DNA of 64,000 bases from an uncultured Gammaproteobacteria bacterium (GTDB lineage Bacteria; Patescibacteriota; Microgenomatia; JALYQM01): assembly GCA_964403585.1 (NCBI GenBank), contig CAYOFQ010000001.1, positions 268,456 through 332,455 of the forward strand, written 5' to 3'. Under the pieces are notes generated by a model. It saw only the letters and a list, made by a program, of their open reading frames with translations, did not search any database and was not told the DNA's origin. Positions 31,663 to 42,200 of the stretch are shown in pieces; the first letter of the stretch is position 1, and every line of letters starts with the position of its first letter. The position numbers and the translations under genes are program-made.

Positions 31663-32421
31663 TTAGTAATATCGTATCAGAATATACGCAATTGTATAAC
31701 CCGAAACCACCAGTACTAAGAATAATGCACCCTGAATAATCATGTTTCGCTTAATATTTCCGGAGGCTAAAGGATTCCGCCCCATTGCTTCCAGTCCTTT
31801 TGAAGTATAACGCCCGAAAAAGATAAAACACAGGATCGTGGTCACCAGCGCAATGAGTGCCCCAAGTATAAATCGCAATGAAATAACATTATTCCTGGCC
31901 AGATAATCTTTATTCGTGACACCGTTTTCGTTAAATCGTATCTCAATGAGAACCGGTATTTTACCTATTTCGTCGGTTTTCTCAGCAGTATAAGCAGCCA
32001 GCGCAGTTCCTAAAACTGTTCCACTCTTTGTCGCACGCATAGCCACACCGGGAATCGTCGAGGTAGTTATTAAATCTCCGGGCGAAATCGCCCCGTTAAT
32101 CGTACTGACTCTGACCACGGCATTCCCTTTAACATTCAGCGGATACGTCCCCGGCTTTTGGAGCCCCAGAACTATCGCCGGTTTTAGTGAAACTACACCC
32201 GTAATAGTACTGTCGTAGGGATATCTCGCCAAGTACAAACCATCCTGCGTGGTTATGATGACACTTCCATCCTGAACGTCGCTATCTTTTATCGGGACAT
32301 AGGTAGCAAAACCCAAATCCACATCCGCGGCCAGTACCTGTCGCAGTGGCATTATAGTTATAAAGATTGCGGCGCATATGAGCGCGATAAAAAACCGCCG
32401 CAAAAAGGTACAATACACCAT
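31663..32421 (-). CDS. membrane protein at the atpE/atpB position: signal anchor + ~150-aa extracytoplasmic domain + C-terminal two-helix hairpin weakly c-subunit-like
   Basis: The C-terminal hairpin ISLRFILGALIALVTTILCFIFFGRYTSKGLEAMGRNPLASGNIKRNMIIQGALFLVLVVSGYTIAYILI has the helix-loop(RNP)-helix topology of Fo-c with an R(Q/N)P loop. It lacks the Gly-rich helix-1 motif and the helix-2 carboxylate. Stop is 1 nt before the atpF start. Confidence 0.35.
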   Translation of the reverse strand: MVYCTFLRRFFIALICAAIFITIMPLRQVLAADVDLGFATYVPIKDSDVQDGSVIITTQDGLYLARYPYDSTITGVVSLKPAIVLGLQKPGTYPLNVKGNAVVRVSTINGAISPGDLITTSTIPGVAMRATKSGTVLGTALAAYTAEKTDEIGKIPVLIEIRFNENGVTNKDYLARNNVISLRFILGALIALVTTILCFIFFGRYTSKGLEAMGRNPLASGNIKRNMIIQGALFLVLVVSGYTIAYILIRYY

Positions 32422-32474
32422 ATAACTATAATAAAGTAATTACAGTAAAGTGCAAGAAAATGTTTTTAGCTCAA

Positions 32475-33089
32475 CTAATTTGTTTGACGGACAGTGCCCT
32501 GATGATTTAAATTAATCGTGGTTTGTAAAGCTGAATAATCCGTTGCCGAAATTACCATATCAATGGCCGCCGAACCGCTGGTGCTATCCAGGCGGGTACC
32601 GCTGATATCATAAATTGCCACATTTCCGCTGATCGGTTCAAAGTAAATATTCACCTCACTCGCAGTACTATATTGGTGGCTGATATCAAAGTTTGCGGGA
32701 AAGGCTTTGAACGTATAATCGTGTCGATCACAAAAATTAAAGGAAAACTGGTTAGCATACTCGGTTGCAGTCGCAGGCGGCGTCGTCTTTAATGTGCATG
32801 CCCCGGTTTCGTGTTCCCAGGTAGTTCCGTTTTTATGTACATGCACTACCCAGTAATACCGGTCGGTATTACCGGCTGCCACATCCTTGGGTACAACACC
32901 GTTAACCGCATTATTATGTGCAGTTATTAATTCTGTATAGAGTTCCTGACTCACCGTTCGCAACTCAGTCTGTGCGACATATTTTCGGTAAAATGGCACT
33001 GCTACACTAAAAATGATACCCATGATCGTTAGCACAATCAGCAGCTCAACCAGTGAAAAACCTTGTTGCCGAGAATATTTCTTAATCAT
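32475..33089 (-). CDS. type IV pilin-like protein (prepilin-type N-terminal cleavage/methylation domain)
   Basis: MIKKYSRQQG followed by FSLVELLIVLTIMGIIFSVAVPFY is the class III signal (G|FxxxE + hydrophobic helix). The ATG at 33087-33089 is chosen. The track start is 15 nt further upstream. Confidence 0.8.
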   Translation of the reverse strand: MIKKYSRQQGFSLVELLIVLTIMGIIFSVAVPFYRKYVAQTELRTVSQELYTELITAHNNAVNGVVPKDVAAGNTDRYYWVVHVHKNGTTWEHETGACTLKTTPPATATEYANQFSFNFCDRHDYTFKAFPANFDISHQYSTASEVNIYFEPISGNVAIYDISGTRLDSTSGSAAIDMVISATDYSALQTTINLNHQGTVRQTN

Positions 33090-33246
33090 ACATCTATAAT
33101 ACATGAGCTATGACGAATAGCAATATTCTTGCCACTAAGACAAAACATCGATCTTCGTTACAGTGAGGCTATAATCTTGCATTTTTTATACCAACCTGTC
33201 ATTCTTATACTACGCACACGTAGGTGGGGCGCGGGTTGCATATTCT

Positions 33247-36200
33247 ATGACCAAAAAAATAACGATACTGCTCACATTAGGTTTTGTTCTCATAACAGCT
33301 CTTGTTCTGGGACTTAAACAAACCGGTTTTGCCCGCACGGTTGGAACATACATCAGCTCAGCCTTTTTAGGACAGAATGTCGCACCAACAACTGATGCAG
33401 CTAAGGCAAAAGTAGCATCCTCAGGAGCAGTTCTTGGTCTCGATGATGAATTTTATCGAAGCTTAGAACAAATCAATTTTAATCTCCCTTCATTCTTCAA
33501 TGATTATGTGAACATCAGCGGCAATCTTACAGTAGGAGGAAATACTACTCTTGAAAAAGATGCGACCGTTTCGGGAAGTTTAGCAATAGACCAGGACTTA
33601 ACTGTACGCGGGCAACGAATTAATTTTGGGACCGCCACGGTTACCGGGGGCAACCTCATCACAGCACTCACTGCGGGTAGTGGGATTGCGGTATCTACCG
33701 GCACGACTCCCACTATCTCTAACTCCGGTGTACTCTCATTACAGGGAAGAACAGGCGCGCTCGCACTTGAGGCCGGAGATAATATCAAAATTGACGGGTT
33801 AAAAATAAGCGCGGAAGTTCCGGATGTGCCGGAAGTCGAAGTAAACACATTCAAGAATTTCGCGGTATCAGGTCAGAGTACGTTAACAGCCAGTGGGGAA
33901 GACGACACGTTCACGTTTGCTAACGGTCCGGGTATCACCATAACGACAAACGCTACCAATAAGACTACCACCATCGGCATGATCGGAACATGTTCTGCCG
34001 GAGAAGTTTTGAAGTGGAACGGAGTTTCCAACACTTGGGTGTGCGGCAATGATGCCGGATCATCCGGACTCGGCATCATCAATGTTGAAGAAAGCGATGT
34101 TGTTGTCAGCCCAACTGCAGATACACTAGATTACAACGGCAACGACTTCTCTCTTACCGAAGCCCCAACCGGTGAAATAAATATCGCTATCGATTATTCT
34201 AACTCCAATATTACCAGGAAGAATGTCGCCGAAACCCTGACACAAAGCTGGAATTTTTCAAATGGGATTCAGGTTTCCTCTTTAAGCACTGGTGTTGTAC
34301 AGTCCAATGGTTCAGGAGTGCTTTCCTCGTCAGCGCTCAATTTGGCCGGAGGATCATCACTCATAACCGGTGTATTACCGCAGGCCAATGGGGGAACCGG
34401 GTTTTCTACCTACAGTACCGGAGATTTAATCTATGCTTCAGCAACAGATACACTTGCCAAGAGAAGTATTGGTTCAAATGGGCAAGTCTTATCGGTAACA
34501 GGCGGACTACCCGTGTGGTCTGATGTAAATGCTCTATGTGCAACCTGTGTGGTCACCGATCCAAATGCTACTCAGGTAATTACACCAACGGATACCGCTG
34601 CCACCGGATTATCTATCGCGCAGATTGTCGGGGGAACTGCCGATGTATTTAGTGTCACAAATAACACCGGCTCGACCAAGTATTTACAAGTCAACTCCTC
34701 AGGGAACGTCAGCTTTTCCGGTAACGCCAGTGTTGGTGGTAATTTGAGTGTAACAGGAACCTCCGCGCTTACCGGCAACATTACTGCAGGGGGAACAATT
34801 TCCGGGTTAACCGGAATTACGTCATCCGGGACAATTACTTTTTCGGGACTCGGCACCGGGGTCGTCCAATCGAACGGATCAGGAGTACTTTCCTCAACTG
34901 CTTTGAATTTAGCAGGCGGATCATCATATGTTACCGGCACGCTTCCACAGGCAAACGGCGGAACAGGGTTTTCAACCTATACTACCGGAGACATAATCTA
35001 CGCCTCAGCAGCCAATACGTTATCCAAGCGATCGGTAGGCACAAACGGAACAGTCTTAACAGTCTCAGGTGGAGTTCCCACCTGGACTACCATCAGTGGA
35101 GGATCCGGTGGTGTCTGTACTGATTGTATTGTTAACGATCCCGGTTCAACGCAAACAATCACGCCAACTATCGCCACGGCTACGGGATTAACCGTCGCGC
35201 AAGCAGCCAGTGGCTCAGTGGATATATTTAGCGTTACGAACAACGACGGTTCCTCTAAATTTTTACAAATTAATTCCTCCGGAAACATTATTGCCTCAAA
35301 TCTTTCCGGTTCGGGTAATCGTGTGCTCTACACAACAGCCGGAGGACAAGTATCTGCGCTCACTGACGGAGGTTCCAACCAAGTGCTCACTACCAACGGA
35401 TCAGGGACATTATCCTGGACCTCTTTGGCAGGTGCGGGTGGCGTTACGGGATCAGGCTCCAACGGTTTGATATCTTTCTGGACAGGAACCTCCACCCTAA
35501 GCTCTAATGCCAACTTCTTCTGGGATGACTCCAACAGTCGACTCGGCATCGGAGACATCACACCCGCTGCAGCATTAACGGTCGGAAGCGGAGATGCCTT
35601 TCAAGTGAATTCGTCAGGTGCTATCGCTGCCGCAACAGGAATAACGTCATCCGGAACAATCATCCTTTCCGGTTTATCTACCGCCGGGCTAGTAACCAAC
35701 ACCTCCGGCGGTGTATTGGGAACAACTGCGACTATCGGAGCAAGTTATATCACGGCAGATGCCCTAGACTTTACCGAGTTTAAAGATGCCCTGACGCTTG
35801 ATGCTTCCACAGACATTGGCGTCACCGGAACCAATGTTTTTTCAATCACCAATTCGGGAACAGGTAATAGTTTGGTTGTGAACGATCAGGCTTCGGATAC
35901 CACGCCATTTGTGGTTGACGCCTCCGGCAATGTGGGAATAGGTGTCTCATCTCCAGGTGTAAAGTTGGATGTGAGTGGTCAAATCAGAAGTACACTCGAT
36001 ACAACAGTAGCAGATAGCGGATCATCTGGAGCGTCAGGAGCATTAAGACTACGCTACAACAGTTGGACTACCGGTCACGGAGCAAATCTTCAATTTGATA
36101 TCGGATCTTATGATAGTGCAGGAAACGTTATTAGAAGCCAGCTCACAAATGCCGGAGGAAGTGGCATTAGTGATCTTATATTCTATGGAAAAGATTCAAC

Positions 36201-39200
36201 TGCGGTTGCACAAGGCACGCTCAGCGAGTATATGAGAATCGAAGCTGGGGGTAATATAGGCATTGGTAACACGAATCCTTCATACAAGTTAGATATCGCC
36301 GATTCCGGTACTACTTCCGGTATTCGAGGTCTTAATGTTGCACAGACGGGAGCTGTTTCAGGAACAGGCTACGCGGGTTATTTTTCCAAAACAGGGGCTT
36401 CAACTACAAACATTGGTCTATATGCAGAAGCCTCCGGCGCAACAAATAATTATGCCGCATGGTTTCAGGGGCCAACCCATTACACAAGGTTTACGGATGG
36501 GTATCTTTTAGATACTTCTGCTGCTAACTTATATATTCTTGATGGTGTAGTATTCCGTGGTGATCTAGCAAATGATGTCTCGAACTGGGCAATTCGCACT
36601 GATTTCAACGGGGGAACCTTAGAATTATCAACAGATCAATCAGGCGGTACGAGAAACACTAATCAGGTAAAACTTCAGGCTGACGGAACAACGTACTTCG
36701 GGTCGGGTAATATCGGAATAGGGGACTCTTCACCTGCATCGTTATTTACAGTAGGATCGGGCGACTTATTCCAAGTAAATTCTTCAGGAGCGATAGCATC
36801 TGCTACAGGGATTACGTCCTCTGGCACGATTACCTTAAGCGGACTCTCTACCGCTGGTCTTGTTACCAACACATCTGGCGGAGTCTTGGGTACAACAACT
36901 ACCATTGGCGCAAGTTATATTACCGCTGACTCATTAGATTTTACCGAATTTAAAGATGCCATGACACTCGATGCGTCTACAGATATTGCTGCCATAGGTA
37001 CGAATGTATTCTCACTCACTAACTCGGGGACAGGAAACAGCCTTGTTGTTAACGACCAATCCAGTGATACCTCACCATTCATTGTTGATGCTTCAGGTAA
37101 TGTTGGGATCCAAACCAGCACCGCTAACGATGCCTTAGACGTGGCAGGGAATATTGATTCGTCAGGATATTACAAGTTAGCCGGCACAAAAATACTTGAT
37201 CTGGTCAATAATGGCTCATTACTTGTCGGTCATGGTGCAGGTAACTCAATAATTTCCGACATGGATTTTAACACCTTAGTGGGTAAGGATGCCGGGTACT
37301 CAATAAACGATGTTGGGGCAGATTCTAATACTGCGATCGGGTACACATCTCTATACAATAATATCAGCGGACGAAGCAATGTTGCCGTCGGTTTATATGC
37401 AGGGGGTGATCTCACAAGTGGAAATTACAATGTCTTTATTGGTAACTCGGCCGGTGAAGGTGGAACATCCGCTTCAGGAAGTGAAAACGTGGCAATTGGT
37501 TATCAGAGTTTTCTTAATTTTACCAGTGGCGTGGCCAATGCCATATTCGGCTACTCATCAGGTCAAACTATAACTTCCGGAGACTATAACACATTTCTCG
37601 GGTCATACATAGATATTGAAGACGGAACCTATTCTAACTCAATCGGTATTGGTGCCAATGCTTACATTCGATCCAGCAACCAGTTAGTTATTGGAGGTTC
37701 AGGCTCAAGCTATATCAACGACGCGTACATTGGAGGAGGTATCAGATCGACAAGTCCACAGGATTTGGCAATCAATGCTACCGGAGGGCAAGGTAGCGAT
37801 ATCGCCGGTGCCGATTTAACCTTAGCCGGAGGAAAAGGCACCGGAAGTGGACTCGGTGGCGCACTCATTTTTAGTACTGCCGGAGCAGGTTCAACAGGTT
37901 CAACTCCAAACACACTCTCTGAACGAATGCGTATCGATAGCAGCGGTAATGTGAATGTCGGTGGGGATACGACACCAAATGCGCAGTTTACCGTTGGCTC
38001 TACATCACAATTTCAGGTCAACTCCTCTGGTGCTATTGCTGCCGCAACAGGAGTAACGTCTTCAGGAACGATAACATTATCGGGACTTTCAACCGCAGGA
38101 CTTGTTACAAACACTTCAGGCGGAGTACTGGGAACAACTTCTACCATTGGTGCAAGTTATATTACCGCCGACTCCTTAGACTTCACCGAATTTAAAGATG
38201 CCATGACGCTCGACACATCAACAGACATTGGTGTTACTGGAACCAATGTACTTTCAGTTACTAACTCCGGAACGGGTAACAGCTTAGTAGTAAATGACCA
38301 GGCTTCGGATACAACTCCCTTCGTCGTTGATGCATCCGGTTTTGTCGGCATTGGTACGTCGTCTCCAACGAATGCCCTTGATGTCGGTGGTAAATTTGTA
38401 GTCAATACGACCACAACTAAAGCAGCGCTCGGATATACTGACACATCATTATTTAGCCAGACCTTTGGAATAAACGGATCATTATGGCTAAATGGCGGCA
38501 TAGTTCTCGCCGGCGGATCAACCATAACACCACAAGGCGGATCAACCATAAATATTGGCGGCGGAAACACAGTTAATATAAACTCCGGAAGTATTTATAC
38601 TTCCGGAGCTGGTGGAAACGTTGGTATAGGGGATACCTCTCCAGCCGCACTCTTAACTGTCGGCTCCGGCGATTTATTCCGGGTAAACTCATCCGGAGCA
38701 ATCGCCGCTGCTACGGGTATCGCTTCTTCCGGAACAATTACTTTCAGTGGATTATCTTCAGGAATTACCTCAAACGGTGTCTGTCTCAACGCCAGTAATC
38801 AACTCATTACCTGTTCGTACGGGGGCGGAACTGGAACAATGAATACATTTACCGCGGCAGGAGATTCCGGAGGAGGACAAACGATCACCGACAATAACAC
38901 GTTATCTATTTTAGGAGGAACCAATGGAATAGATACCGTAGACAGTATTACCGACACTATAACCTTGAACTTGGACACAACTGAAATTGGATCAACCACG
39001 TTTGGATCAGGTTCAGGCCTAACCTGGACATTCGATGCCTCAGCCGGAACCGACCCAACCATTGCCTTTGCCAATAACGCAATAACCTTTACTGCTAACT
39101 CTGCAACATTTACCGGAGCAATAACTGCACCGACATCGTCCAATACCATTAACAGTTTAATTATTAATGCCGGTGCACTTTCGGGAGTAACAGGATTCAG

Positions 39201-42200
39201 CCAAGCTTCCGGAGCATTTACTGTGAACGGCAGCGGAGCGGTCGCCTTAGGCACCGGAACAAACAATGTTTCAATTGGCAACAGTAGCGGTACTTTTGCA
39301 CTTACCTCGAGTGGCGGATTGAATGTCACAACCGGTGGTGCTCTTACGGGTGTAGCTTCAATTGATACCATTAGCACTTCGGCTACAGCAATTGGCTTTG
39401 CCGGAGCAGGAACGATAACCTCAAATACCACCAGTGCACTCACTTTGGATTCAGGATCATCCGGTACTGTTAACCTGGGTACCGGCAACAATGCCAAAAC
39501 AATTAACGTTGGCACAGGCACGGCAGGGAATACTATCAATGTGGGAACAGATAACACCGTCGCTGACACGATCGGCATCGGCAGTGCGCTTGACACGGTA
39601 AGCGTAGCAGGAACAACCAGCATTCTTGGCGCCACTACCATCAACGGATCGGGCTCTTTAGCTACGAACATCGGAACCGGCACTTCTACCGGAACCATAA
39701 CCATTGGCCGAACAACCGGTACTGACTTAGCATTAAATGACTCCAACTGGAATATTTCCGGAGCAGGTGCTGCTAACTTCGGTTCAATCGGCGCGACCAC
39801 TCCGGGCACTGGAGCTTTCACCACGCTTTCATCAACTGGTGCCACAACTATAGGCAACAACTCATCAACCGTAGCTATTGATAGCAGCGTCTGGGATATT
39901 TCTTCGGCCGGTGTTGCAAGCGGATTAACTGGCATTTCCTCCTCAGGTACGATCACCTTCTCAGGAATTTCCTCAGGTACCGCATCCAATGGTGTCTGTG
40001 TAAACGCGAGCAATCAGTTAATCACCTGTTCGTATGGTGGCGGAACAATGTCCAGTTTTAATACAGGTGGTGACACTGGCTCCGGCTCGATAATAAATGG
40101 CGACACCTTAGTTATTAATGGAGGCACTAATGGTATAGACACCGCGCTCTCAGGTGACACATATACCCTTAATTTGGATACAACCGAAATTGGTACCAGT
40201 ACCTTCGGATCCGGCTCAGGCATTACCTGGACGTTTGATGCCGGTGCCACAGATCCAACGCTGGCCTTTGCGTCAGATCAAATCACCGCCACGGCCGGAA
40301 CTGCAGTATTATCAGGAACCACCACTTTAACAGCTTCATCGTTAAGTACATTAACAACTGCTGCTACTTTAGGTATGGCTTCAACATCAACCTTAAACTG
40401 TGCCGACTGTATCGATTTTGATGACATGAAGGATTCCATGACTATCGATGCTGCGACAGACATCAATTTGGGCGCAAACGCCTTTACCATAGACTTAGAC
40501 TCAACCGGTGATTTTTCCATTCGCGACGTTACCGCAGACATCGCTACCTTCTCAGATAACGGTGCAATATCATTTACTCCAACCTCCGGTCAAGGAATTA
40601 CCAATACTATAGCCGGCGCGGGGAACTTCACCGTAACAACAGCAACTGGAACCCAAACCTTCACATCGAGTGTCGTAAGCGGCACAACCACAACCTCCGG
40701 ATTCGTATTTGATGCTACTGCAATTAATTCCGGTACCGGCATGTACCTCACCAGTGACAGTATCACCTCAGGGAAATTATTACAGTTGGCAACCACCGGT
40801 AATACGTTTACATCAGGAACAATCTTGGATGTAACTACTACATCAACTTCATTAACCTCAGGAGGCCTTGGCTCGTTCGATTGGTCACCTGGTTCATCTA
40901 CCACTGCTACCGGTGATCTATTCTCGCTAAATATTGGCACAAACGGTAATATCGGCAGTATTTTCAATGTCAAAGATAGCGGTACTTCTGTATTCAGTGT
41001 GACTGAATCCGCCATTACTGCTAACTTGCCGGCCAATTTTAACGCTGCGGGTGATGTATCGTTTGCAAACAACCTCGCGTTAACCAACCAAACAGCCAGC
41101 TATATTCGTTCCAATGCACCATTGTATTTGGAAGCAGGTGAAATATTCGAAAGTAATGACTTGACCTTAAGAACATATAACAGTGGCCAACTCGTCATAG
41201 ACGCTGCCGGCGGAACCAACATCAACAGCGTGTCATATATTTGGCCGTCATCTCAAGCCGCCTCGTCAGGATATGTCTTGACCAACAACGGATCAGGAAC
41301 ATTGTCATGGGCAACGGCGGGAAGTATGAGCAGTTTCACAGCAGCCGGAGACACGGGATCGTCTCAGACCATTAGCAACTCAGATACGTTCTCAATACTT
41401 GGAGATACCAACGGAATTGATACAGTTGCTTCGGCAACCGATACCATAACGTTAAATCTCGACACAACCGAGATCGGTACAACCACCTTTGGTTCTGGCT
41501 CAAATCTCACCTGGACCTTCAACTCCGCCGGAGCTACCGATCCAACTTTTACTGCGGGCACAGGAACACTCTCCTACGGGTTGGTAGACAACACCGCCTC
41601 GGCATTTACATTAGCTGAAGGATCAAATAATTATTTCCGCATCGACACCACTAACTCAGCTCCGGTAGTTACCCTGGACACACTGGAAGCCGGCGGCACC
41701 ATGAACTTTGGTTCATCCAACTTCGGACGAACAATAAATATTGGAACCGGAACCGGCGCCGATACTATTAATATCGGAACAGGTGCTACCACCGCCGATG
41801 CCATCACCGTCGGAAATACCGGCGTTGCCACTACCTTTACCTTTAATTCCGGAGCCACCACTCAAACACCAATGGCATTCAATCTGGATGCCCTCACTAC
41901 CGGTACCGGCTTGGATTTTTCCCTCGACGGATTAACAACTGGAATCGGTATGAAGGTGGACGATAACACGGGAGCTGGGTTATCAACCGGAACTATGCTT
42001 TACATCAACTCTGTTTCAACCGCCTTAACAACTGCCACAAACGGCGGATCACTCGGGTACTTTAACTGGAATCCCGGTTCATCAACAACAGCCACCGGTG
42101 ATCTCTTCCGCATTAACATTGGGTCAAGCGGCTCAACTACTGGGAATCTCTTCAATATCACCGACAACGGCACCTCAATTTTCTCTGTGAGTGAAACAGG

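Noticed and set aside
33129-33246. Promoter call for the giant gene and the 62-aa ORF 33129-33317
   Set aside because: A TATAAT is present (33170-33175) but no acceptable -35 or TG extension was found. The small ORF straddles the intergenic region and the giant-gene start, so it is spurious.
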